From: a virus
Taxonomy: Duplodnaviria > Caudoviricetes
DNA length: 35,459 nt
IMG/VR virus record: IMGVR_UViG_3300024255_000080
Span: 1-35,459 of that record
Direction: 5' to 3' (one strand)
The first letter of the stretch is position 1, and every line of letters begins with the position of its first letter. This document shows positions 10,700 through 18,636 of the stretch, piece after piece. The notes beneath the pieces were generated by a model. The model saw nothing but the letters and a program-made list of their open reading frames with translations, ran no database searches and was not told the DNA's origin. The translations under genes were made by a program, and so were the position numbers.

Positions 10700-11056
10700 T
10701 TATCTAATGTTTAATTGTACGAGATATTTGCTGTCTACTGTTATATCAATATATGCAATATCTCTAACGTTACCTTTAAGGAAGTTAACCTTAGTTGAAA
10801 CGCTGTATTTTTGTGCTAAAGGGCAATAATATTTAATTTGCGTGTCTAACACGTCCTTTAATTGACCTTCATTATATCCTAAAGAATATATGTAACTTTC
10901 TAGATCACATCCAAACCCAGGTGATCCTAAAACATCAGCCTTTCCAGTAAATAAAACAGTCTCGATCTGTTGAACGAGTTGCTCTATCTCACCGTTAGTT
11001 TGGACTTGTGTATCGTTCCAATTTGGGTCTCCTAAAGTTTTTATATAAAAATCCAT
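10700..11056 (-). CDS. Baseplate wedge / sheath initiator, gp25 (GPW) family
   Basis: 118 aa; LVQQIETVLFTGKADVLGSPGFGCDLESYIY matches the gp25 pattern I.Q.I..IL.T..GER...P.FG..L...LF; adjacent to gp6-like gene. Confidence 0.85.
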   Translation of the reverse strand: MDFYIKTLGDPNWNDTQVQTNGEIEQLVQQIETVLFTGKADVLGSPGFGCDLESYIYSLGYNEGQLKDVLDTQIKYYCPLAQKYSVSTKVNFLKGNVRDIAYIDITVDSKYLVQLNIR

Positions 11057-11057
11057 T

Positions 11058-11069
11058 TATATATGTATC
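11058..11069 (-). promoter_or_regulatory. GATACATA(TATA) variant motif, 5 nt before the gp25-like ATG
   Basis: gaGATACATAtataaATG in a 21-nt intergenic gap. Confidence 0.45.
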
Positions 11070-11077
11070 TCAATTTT

Positions 11078-11920
11078 TTAACTATGGAACATGAAGTCTA
11101 CACCTTCATCTCCTTTGATTTCTTCTTCTATTGCTTCTAATTCACTATCACCCATATCTTTAATAGCACTATAATCAAATTCAACATTACCAGGTAATGC
11201 AAATTTAAAGATGCCTAACTTAGCACCTAATGATTGTTTTATTTTAGCACTAACATATCTAAAGAATATTTCATCGTCATACAGGGCACAGTCTGGAATA
11301 GTCTCATACAATTCTAATATAACATCACCCTTAGGTGTATCACCCATAATCTTTAATTCACCAGTATTTCTCTGATATTGATAAGAAATAGGATTTTCTA
11401 GAATCTGTCTAGACATATCGGCCAACGAAGCATTTAATACATAGTACTGTAATTCTTCTGCAGCTTCAGCTGGACCTGATCCATTGTACATATTTCTAAA
11501 TAACATTCTTTCTAATGCAAAATCTGCACCGGGCTGGAATCTAAGATCCATTCCAGATCCAACTGAATTCCATCCAGATGTTAAATCATATACGCCATAT
11601 ACTGAAAATACTCCACCGCCACCATCAGTTGCTGGTCCAGGTAAATTAAGAACCCTATTCTCTACAAAATAAGGTGAATTAAAAGTCTCAAAGGGAATAT
11701 GATAATAGTTTTCTCTAACAGAGTCTTCGTACTTTTTATACATCCATTTTTTAGACCTTTTAATTATGTTAATAACTTCTTTTTGTGGCAGGTTCACAGG
11801 TAACATACATGCTCCTGTAATTTCATCTGCGATTTCTTCTAAAAAAGAGTTTAGGCAGTTTGTTCCAAAATCCCTAGGTGTTATTAAATTACTATTGCTT
11901 CCGCTTCTAATTTCACTCAT
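11078..11920 (-). CDS. Neck / head-completion protein, T4 gp13-like
   Basis: C-terminal LYDDEIFFRYVSAKIKQSLGAKLGIFKFALPGNVEFDYSAIKDMGDSELEAIEEEI matches the gp13 pattern YND.W...YA.A.IK...G..L.KF...LPGGV..NG..I...A..E...LEEEL; size 280 aa fits. Confidence 0.75.
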   Translation of the reverse strand: MSEIRSGSNSNLITPRDFGTNCLNSFLEEIADEITGACMLPVNLPQKEVINIIKRSKKWMYKKYEDSVRENYYHIPFETFNSPYFVENRVLNLPGPATDGGGGVFSVYGVYDLTSGWNSVGSGMDLRFQPGADFALERMLFRNMYNGSGPAEAAEELQYYVLNASLADMSRQILENPISYQYQRNTGELKIMGDTPKGDVILELYETIPDCALYDDEIFFRYVSAKIKQSLGAKLGIFKFALPGNVEFDYSAIKDMGDSELEAIEEEIKGDEGVDFMFHS

Positions 11921-11923
11921 TTC

Positions 11924-13234
11924 TTAATTTATTTTTTTACTAACTACAACTTCAGTAGTATCTCCTATTCTAGCATCTTTTCCTAAGAAGCCTTCTCTGT
12001 ATATACCACCGATAGTTCTACCTTTAAATACGCCATCACGGCCAAATATAAAACAATTAGTAGCAGTAGCACTACCATGTACATAGCATGATTCTACTTT
12101 ACTGTCTTTTATTTCTGTACTACTGTAAATATTACATCTTTTAAGCATAGATCCTTCTACGTTGCAATTATACATTGCAGAGTTTTCTACATTACCTCTA
12201 ATTTCACAATCTATAAATTCATATCCATCTAAAATGAATACAGCCGGAAAGACTCCGTCCTTTATTTGAAGTGTACCATAATCAGAATCATAATTTATAA
12301 TTCCTCTTTCCATAGTACCGTTTGCTATTAAATCAATTACCCTATCCTTTATTCTAGGCCATTGAACCTTAACAACCTGCTCGTTGTCTTGTAAATCAAC
12401 TAGTACGTGAATATTAGGGAAATGTTTGTTTAATTTAGTATGGTCCTTTAGAGACTCTATAAGTGGTTTATTCTTATTAAGAATTCTTTTAAGTTCTACT
12501 CTATTCTGTATTGTAAACCTAGGATCATTACATGATTTCCACATTTGCATAATAAACCTTTCACACAAATACAATATTTCTTCTTTGCTTTTGTGATAGT
12601 CTTCTCCACCAATATATCTAAACTCTAAGTAATTTTTCTGCGCCTTTTCAAAGTTTATACCATAGTACTTAGAATTAGCAAACGTAAAATTCATTGGTGA
12701 AATATGATCTTCATCAAAGTAATATGCTTCTCTTGCTGGCATAACCCATTTTATACTTTTAGCATATGTTGAACCTTCTCGAGAAGGGAAGAAATTATAA
12801 ACTTGTTGCTCATCAAACTCTAAAATAAATTTAAGAATGTTCATTTTAGAAACCATTAACGAATCTTCTAAGTAGTCAGTTTGAAATGACATATTTAAGT
12901 GAATACTAGCACGATCGTTAGTATATCCGTTTTTATCAATCCAATCCAACATTTTAATAATAATTACCCTAGCATTTCTGTAAGGAATTGGACCGGTTAC
13001 CAGTTCTATAAGTCCTTTACCACCTGACATATCAGGTTCCATTTTAAAGACCTTATCGTCTGGTACGAAATCTGAATGTGACTTTTCTTCTAGTTGAATT
13101 TTTCTATTCAATAGATTAGAAAGAGACTTTTGGGTCTCTTCAAGCCCTATATTGGAATAGAACTCAAACTCCACGCCTATTTGCGCGGAGTTCAAGATCT
13201 GTTCTTTTGTAGATTTTATATTAAGTTTCTGCAT
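11924..13234 (-). CDS. Putative amidoligase (COOH-NH2 ligase, Amidoligase_2-type) with a C-terminal beta-helix-like repeat domain
   Basis: Ordered motifs IGVEFEF, EPDMSGG, IELVTGP, ASIHLNMS, KYYGINF, YLEFRY follow the GxExE...D.S...ElvSP...g.HvH...Y..lN...iEFR signature. Last ~100 aa are short Cys/Ser/Asn repeats (NCNVEGSMLKRCNIYSSTEIKDSKVESCYV). Confidence 0.75.
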   Translation of the reverse strand: MQKLNIKSTKEQILNSAQIGVEFEFYSNIGLEETQKSLSNLLNRKIQLEEKSHSDFVPDDKVFKMEPDMSGGKGLIELVTGPIPYRNARVIIIKMLDWIDKNGYTNDRASIHLNMSFQTDYLEDSLMVSKMNILKFILEFDEQQVYNFFPSREGSTYAKSIKWVMPAREAYYFDEDHISPMNFTFANSKYYGINFEKAQKNYLEFRYIGGEDYHKSKEEILYLCERFIMQMWKSCNDPRFTIQNRVELKRILNKNKPLIESLKDHTKLNKHFPNIHVLVDLQDNEQVVKVQWPRIKDRVIDLIANGTMERGIINYDSDYGTLQIKDGVFPAVFILDGYEFIDCEIRGNVENSAMYNCNVEGSMLKRCNIYSSTEIKDSKVESCYVHGSATATNCFIFGRDGVFKGRTIGGIYREGFLGKDARIGDTTEVVVSKKIN

Positions 13235-13259
13235 CTAGAGTATGATATTACCGTTTGAT

Positions 13260-13267
13260 TATATATC
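13260..13267 (-). promoter_or_regulatory. GATATATA putative late promoter for the amidoligase
   Basis: Intergenic, 25 nt before ATG 13234. Confidence 0.6.
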
Positions 13268-13282
13268 ACACTCCCGTTAAAC

Positions 13283-14581
13283 TTATTGTGGTAGCTTAAG
13301 AAATACTTTCATTGAGTCGACATCTATCCTTGTAATCTGTACAGTGATCTCATCTCCTGGTTTAAATACTGACATAGTATCTTCACCTATTTCACTTATA
13401 TGTAGTAATCCTGTTACTCCATCTTCTATTGTAATAAATAAACCGTAGTCCTTTTTAGTTTTAACTTTAGCAACAACATTTGAAGGAATTTGGTATCTAG
13501 ATTGAATATCTACCCATGGATTAGTTTCTACATTTGCTTTTTGAGTTAGTGTTATTTTCTTCTCACTTACAATATCTTTAACTTTAAAAGTAATAGCATC
13601 TCCAGGTTTAATTTCTCTAGCCTTAAACTTAACTAATGTTTCTTCGTCTAAATCGTTATTGTGAATCATTCCAGTTAAACACATACCGAATTCAACAAAT
13701 ACACCGTATTTAGCAGTTCCAGTAACATGTCCCGTTTTCTCATTATCAATAGTTTCTTTTAATTCTTCTATTTTACTAGGAATTAACGCTTGTAAATATT
13801 TTCTATGTGATACTACTAATGTACCTCTATCTGGTGAGAAACTTACAGGAACGACATACAATTCAGTTCCTATAATAGAACTAAAATCATGTAGTTTATT
13901 AATACCCGCTAATGATCCAGGCATAAAGCAATCAATTCCTTGAACGTTTACTATGTAACCTCCATTCTCAATCATATTTACAACTGTACCTACCCAAGCG
14001 GTATCGCCTTTTTCAACACCATCTCTAAGATCCATGAATGTTTTTTGTTTAACACCACCGCTGATGCTTCCAATAACATGTGATCCTGGTTGATATGTTG
14101 TAATTAACACCGATGTGGTTTCACCTGGTCTCAGGGCTTGAACCGATTCAGGTTCTTTTTCAAACTTAATATAAACAGATTCCCTATATCCTACATCTAC
14201 GGTGATCCAATCTGAAGTCACAGCATATACTGTACCATCATAAATTGCACCTTCATGTAATTCAGGTAACATGTTAACGCTAGACTCATACTTCTCCATT
14301 TTATCATATAGCTCTTGCGCATATAATTCTCTAGAGTAAACTTTGTCTCCGTTCCTGGTTTTAATATGTTTGTTTGGTTTTCTGAGTCTAGTTACACAAG
14401 TAGCTTCATATTCATCCCACATGAATTCTCCTTCTGCATTATACCACTGATCATTGGTATCTTCTAATTCCTCTGTCTTAGTTGTTGATTCTACTACTGC
14501 TTCAGTATTCGATTGTACTGTCTTTGTTGCTAGATCAACCGTAGTTTCGCCGATTCTAGCTCTTTTTGATTTGTTTGTCAT
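13283..14581 (-). CDS. rpsA: Phage-encoded ribosomal protein bS1 homologue (four S1/OB domains, N-terminal extension)
   Basis: Four S1 repeats in RpsA order: D1 GAIYDGTVYAVTSDWITVDVGYRE; D2 GGYIVNVQGIDCFMPGS...LVVSHRK; D3 GHVTGTAKYGVFVEFG..LTGMIH; linker NPW; D4 KVKTKKDYGLFITIEDGVTGLLHISEI...FKPGDEITVQITRID. Confidence 0.88.
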   Translation of the reverse strand: MTNKSKRARIGETTVDLATKTVQSNTEAVVESTTKTEELEDTNDQWYNAEGEFMWDEYEATCVTRLRKPNKHIKTRNGDKVYSRELYAQELYDKMEKYESSVNMLPELHEGAIYDGTVYAVTSDWITVDVGYRESVYIKFEKEPESVQALRPGETTSVLITTYQPGSHVIGSISGGVKQKTFMDLRDGVEKGDTAWVGTVVNMIENGGYIVNVQGIDCFMPGSLAGINKLHDFSSIIGTELYVVPVSFSPDRGTLVVSHRKYLQALIPSKIEELKETIDNEKTGHVTGTAKYGVFVEFGMCLTGMIHNNDLDEETLVKFKAREIKPGDAITFKVKDIVSEKKITLTQKANVETNPWVDIQSRYQIPSNVVAKVKTKKDYGLFITIEDGVTGLLHISEIGEDTMSVFKPGDEITVQITRIDVDSMKVFLKLPQ

Positions 14582-14607
14582 TTTTTTATATTAAGAGTGT
14601 AACATAT

Positions 14608-14615
14608 TATATATC
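14608..14615 (-). promoter_or_regulatory. GATATATA putative late promoter for the bS1 homologue
   Basis: Intergenic, 26 nt before ATG 14581. Confidence 0.6.
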
Positions 14616-14625
14616 CTTCCATTTT

Positions 14626-16539
14626 TTAGAACACGACAGGTACAAAACCTACCATCGGGACAGGTCCAGCAGGTGTCGGAATTCCACCTAAATAAAGTAA
14701 TTTGAATTCTAATAAGTGCATAGCATAAGTAGCAGCTAATGCAGTAGCAACTACAGTTGCTGGTGGTTTTGTTGGTGGAATCATAAATGATTTACCAGAG
14801 TTCCAAGCTCTTCTCAAGTTATTAGCTAATCTCGTTTTACCACCGTAATAAATTGGCACATAAATACCAGTAAGTGGTGGGGGAATTAATGCAGGTGGCA
14901 TAGATGTTGTTGGTGTAAATGGTTTTACAATACATGCATACCAATATGCAATAGTAATGGCTGCCATTTCTTCATATGGATCTCCACCTGGCCAAGTATA
15001 TGCAATTTCTGCACCATCTTCTAGCTCATCACATTCTTCTGCTGCTTCTTTTGATTTCTTAGCTTGATCATATTGAAATTTAAAAACAGTTCCACCATCT
15101 TTAGGATTTAATGCTAAAAATTGAGTTAACGCAGCTTTAGCATCGGCAGAGTTTGGACTAATACTTGTAATACCGGCTGGTATTTTAGTCCAGTGTCTTT
15201 CATATTCATTCTTCACATATTGATTTTCAACATATTGATCTGATTTGTCATACCATAAAATACGACCTGAATCGCTTAAAATAATATCGGCAGCTTCGCC
15301 TTCATCTAAATTATCGTTTTGGTTATTGTTAGTATAACTTTGAACGTTATCTATTGTATCATTATCATATGAAAAGAAAGCAACCACATGATCTGTTAAT
15401 ATTCTAGGTCTTTTACTTTCGTATTGTGGCAAATCTCTTTCTCTATCAAAAGAAGTTTGACATTTATATTGATTCAATGGACAAAGTACATCTTCACTAA
15501 GATCTGGTTTAGGCATTGGAGTTGGAGCCATTCTACCTTTAGATACTCTTTTATATAAATCATTTTCAATGTATACGTATGCATCTTTATTTCCAGATGC
15601 AGCAACTGAAACCTGGTATACTGGAAATGCAACGTCTATTGCTTCTTTAAATAATCTGGAAACTCCATCTACTATTGTTTTCCAATTATTATAGCCTGCA
15701 TTTTCAAATCCAATCCTAGTTTTAGTAGAGACATTAACGTATGGAAATCTACTCTTCCACTGTGAGCTAGCATAATAATAATCATTAGTGTTGAAATTTT
15801 CATATTTATCTTTCCCTAAACTAGTGGCCCATCTAATATAATTAAACCTTCTATTAACTGTACTACTCCAAGTTCCTGTAGTACTGAGCGAATCGAATTG
15901 TTGTAATAGTCTATTAGTAAACAAATCAATAATATCACTTGTAGATTCTTTACCATCTAAACAATGAAACTGAAAAAACTTAAACTTATGTAAATCATAA
16001 AAGTCATCGTCTTTAGCTTCCTCAATAAATTTGTCAAATTTCTTTTGAATTTTCTTTTCTTCTTCTATTGGGTCTGGAGGTACTATTGGTTCGGGACAAA
16101 GATCAGCATAATCAGGGTGAGACTCTTTTCCCATTTCAGTTATGTTACCATCTTCGTCCTTTTGATCCATCAGTGGTATATCACCTTCTCTTAATAATCT
16201 TTCAAATACTAAACCATAACCTTCAGTTAATGCTAATTCTGCCCCAGGATTATTAGTATGTGTTGCTCCAACTGGAGTCATTGCTTTACCTTTAACTGCA
16301 TCTAAATAATCTTGTGCAATAGCTTTACCAAAATCATATCTACCGCTTAGTGGATTTGGATCAACAGCATTTATATATGGTCCTGGACCTTTAATAAATG
16401 CAGCGTTTAAACTATTTCCTACTTCAGTAGAAAACTCGGGCATATCATACGATAATCCAGCTCCACCTGGTTTTGTAAACTGGTGGCTTGAAATTGTATT
16501 AGCCGCTGCGCTGATAAATGATGGCCAAATTACGGGCAT
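14626..16539 (-). CDS. Hypothetical structural protein (637 aa), Pro/Ala-rich termini, downstream of the spike gene
   Basis: Starts 2 nt after the gp5-like stop; hydrophobic Pro-rich ends (PPALIPPP, GGIPTPAGPVPMVGFV) around a polar middle region. Confidence 0.55.
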   Translation of the reverse strand: MPVIWPSFISAAANTISSHQFTKPGGAGLSYDMPEFSTEVGNSLNAAFIKGPGPYINAVDPNPLSGRYDFGKAIAQDYLDAVKGKAMTPVGATHTNNPGAELALTEGYGLVFERLLREGDIPLMDQKDEDGNITEMGKESHPDYADLCPEPIVPPDPIEEEKKIQKKFDKFIEEAKDDDFYDLHKFKFFQFHCLDGKESTSDIIDLFTNRLLQQFDSLSTTGTWSSTVNRRFNYIRWATSLGKDKYENFNTNDYYYASSQWKSRFPYVNVSTKTRIGFENAGYNNWKTIVDGVSRLFKEAIDVAFPVYQVSVAASGNKDAYVYIENDLYKRVSKGRMAPTPMPKPDLSEDVLCPLNQYKCQTSFDRERDLPQYESKRPRILTDHVVAFFSYDNDTIDNVQSYTNNNQNDNLDEGEAADIILSDSGRILWYDKSDQYVENQYVKNEYERHWTKIPAGITSISPNSADAKAALTQFLALNPKDGGTVFKFQYDQAKKSKEAAEECDELEDGAEIAYTWPGGDPYEEMAAITIAYWYACIVKPFTPTTSMPPALIPPPLTGIYVPIYYGGKTRLANNLRRAWNSGKSFMIPPTKPPATVVATALAATYAMHLLEFKLLYLGGIPTPAGPVPMVGFVPVVF

Positions 16540-16541
16540 AA

Positions 16542-17258
16542 TTATTTACCTTTTTGTTGATAGTTAATATGAGTACTTGATAATTGACCAACAACAACTG
16601 GTGTCGGTGGCATTGGAGGACCGGATGGTCCAACTCCAGTTGGATGAATATGTGCATTATAATCGTCTAACCACATTTGTAACCAATCTTGTAGAGATTG
16701 ACCTCTTACTGCTGGCTCTGTCTCATCTGCTCCAGGTTCACCTTCATTTGAAACAAATATATCACCACAGTCTAAGAACATCTTCGCATCCGTGCTTATC
16801 TTAATGAATCCCTCTTCGTCTATTTGTATCATTGGTCTTTCTTTTGCACCACTACCTCGAGTGATAACTAAACCATCTTCAGGAGAATGATAGATTCTTA
16901 CATTACGTTCAGCATCATATACTAAACTAATAACGTCGTGTGGAGCATCTGATGCCTCTAAAATGTCTGTCTTTAAGTCTGGGTTTTGATCTATTTGAAA
17001 CCAATATTCTGGGTGGTAAATGTTCCCGTTATCAAATCTAACAGCAACTATATCTCCAACTCTAGGTACTGAATGTGCACCTACTTGGTCTCTATTCATA
17101 GGAGTTGCCCATGGAATAGCTTCATCTGTTAATGAATCAAATTTACCATAAACTTTTACTCTACATCTTCCTTGTAATAATGGATCTTCGTTGACAATTA
17201 CCTCACCGAGCCAGTGAGTTTCTCTAATATTGTCTTTATATAATTCTTTATCATTCAT
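16542..17258 (-). CDS. Central baseplate spike, gp5/gpV-like (OB fold, short beta-helix, HxH tip); no lysozyme domain
   Basis: EDPLLQGRCRVKV...IPWATP...VPRVGDIVAVRFDNGNIYHP is the gp5/gpV OB-fold signature; C-terminal YNAHIHPTGVGPSGPP is the HxH metal-binding apex of P2 gpV-type spikes. Confidence 0.85.
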   Translation of the reverse strand: MNDKELYKDNIRETHWLGEVIVNEDPLLQGRCRVKVYGKFDSLTDEAIPWATPMNRDQVGAHSVPRVGDIVAVRFDNGNIYHPEYWFQIDQNPDLKTDILEASDAPHDVISLVYDAERNVRIYHSPEDGLVITRGSGAKERPMIQIDEEGFIKISTDAKMFLDCGDIFVSNEGEPGADETEPAVRGQSLQDWLQMWLDDYNAHIHPTGVGPSGPPMPPTPVVVGQLSSTHINYQQKGK

Positions 17259-18618
17259 GAACGTTATCGTTTAAGTTACCGTCTGGTGATGAATCAACAC
17301 CTGTGTTTGGACCACCATAAACATTATCATTAATAGGATTAGTTTTCTCTGCAGGAATTGGATCGTAAACTTTTTGGTTTATATTACCGTCTGGCGTTGA
17401 ATCTAACGCAAAGTTATCAGTAGGATGTATATTACCAGGTTGAATACCTCCAGGCGCACCGCTGCTATTGTTATTAGTAAATAATTGTCCAGCTAAATTA
17501 GCTATGGCATTTACACTTCCAGAAGAAATCGCATCTTGTATATTACTTAATGTGTTTGCACCGTGTACGTTTCCTAATAATAGACTAGCTGTTAAATTAT
17601 CAATTGCTTGATCCGCTAAACTTGCTAAAGGACCACTCAGTCCTGTTCTACTATGACCATACACATTTGCTAATCCATTAGGTTCTTGAGAAAATGCACC
17701 TTTAAAACTGTCTACTTTAGCCATTACGCCATCTTTAATAGATTTAAGCTTATCGGCAGCCGCATCTTTAACTGATTGTAGAGGATCAAATGGTCCAAAA
17801 TCGTATGGGTTAGGATTTCCAACAACACCTAAGCCTTCAGTTGCTTCAACGTTATTAGGATATTTTGCACCTAACTGCGAAACTTGCTGCCATTTAATTG
17901 CTATTTTAGGTTTTCTTGCTTCAGGGTTTTTAGTAATATCTGCATATACGGTAGCTATAGAATCAATATCGAATTCACAAAAATCAAATTGCAATTTAAT
18001 AAATGGCTTTGCCACTAAATTTAATTGCTGATGTAATGTTTTAGGTTCTTGTTGTTCAGGATGTGCCGGTCCGCTTGGCTTATAAGAACTGTTTAAATCT
18101 CTGGCATGAGTATCTTGTTGGAATTGTCTAATTTCAGTAATGTATATTCCCATTCTAAAATGCCTTAGATTAAATGGAATTATTTCAATCCATCTATTAA
18201 AATCAAATACAGATTTTTTATATAAATCCATCAAAGATATTGCAGTTAAATCAACATTTTCTTCTAAGCATTCTATTTCTAATTTAGGATCTTTTGCACC
18301 CCAATATGGTTCTGCTAATTTTTCATATATTTGTGATTGCTCTAGGCCAGAAATAGTTTGCCAAAACCATGGCATCTCTGTGTTAATTTTCATCAACAGC
18401 TTTTTAAAAGCATTTAAGTTGTCTGCTAAACCCTTACCGTATTCTCCGCCTACGGTTTCTAATAAATATTTTTCAGCAGCACCATTAAATAAAGGTGAAC
18501 CAGCATCTTGCCAGAAAAACATGATTAACCAACTCAAATAAGTTGGATCCTCATTGATTGTTCTAAGTCTAGTTCCCTTTCTGAACTCATTACTATGTTT
18601 AAATAAATCTTGCTGCAT
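17251..18618 (-). CDS. Putative tail-tube initiator / tube-like protein (gp54-like) with a repetitive C-terminal extension
   Basis: Between hub and spike genes; WFWQTISGLE...LEIECLE...LMDLYKKSVFD...IKLQFDFCEF is consistent with a tail-tube fold; low-complexity N/D/G/P tail. The family call relies mostly on context. Confidence 0.45.
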   Translation of the reverse strand: MQQDLFKHSNEFRKGTRLRTINEDPTYLSWLIMFFWQDAGSPLFNGAAEKYLLETVGGEYGKGLADNLNAFKKLLMKINTEMPWFWQTISGLEQSQIYEKLAEPYWGAKDPKLEIECLEENVDLTAISLMDLYKKSVFDFNRWIEIIPFNLRHFRMGIYITEIRQFQQDTHARDLNSSYKPSGPAHPEQQEPKTLHQQLNLVAKPFIKLQFDFCEFDIDSIATVYADITKNPEARKPKIAIKWQQVSQLGAKYPNNVEATEGLGVVGNPNPYDFGPFDPLQSVKDAAADKLKSIKDGVMAKVDSFKGAFSQEPNGLANVYGHSRTGLSGPLASLADQAIDNLTASLLLGNVHGANTLSNIQDAISSGSVNAIANLAGQLFTNNNSSGAPGGIQPGNIHPTDNFALDSTPDGNINQKVYDPIPAEKTNPINDNVYGGPNTGVDSSPDGNLNDNVHE

Positions 18619-18622
18619 ATCC

Positions 18623-18630
18623 TATATATT
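18623..18630 (-). promoter_or_regulatory. AATATATA variant late-promoter motif, 4 nt before ATG 18618
   Basis: gAATATATAggatATG in an 18-nt intergenic gap. Confidence 0.5.
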
Positions 18631-18636
18631 CGATTT

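Noticed and set aside
13283-14581. Interpreting the rpsA-like gene as host chromosome or a prophage junction
   Set aside because: It is flanked on both sides by phage structural genes on the same strand, shares the phage upstream motif, is truncated and divergent, and has no cellular neighbours such as cmk or ihfB.
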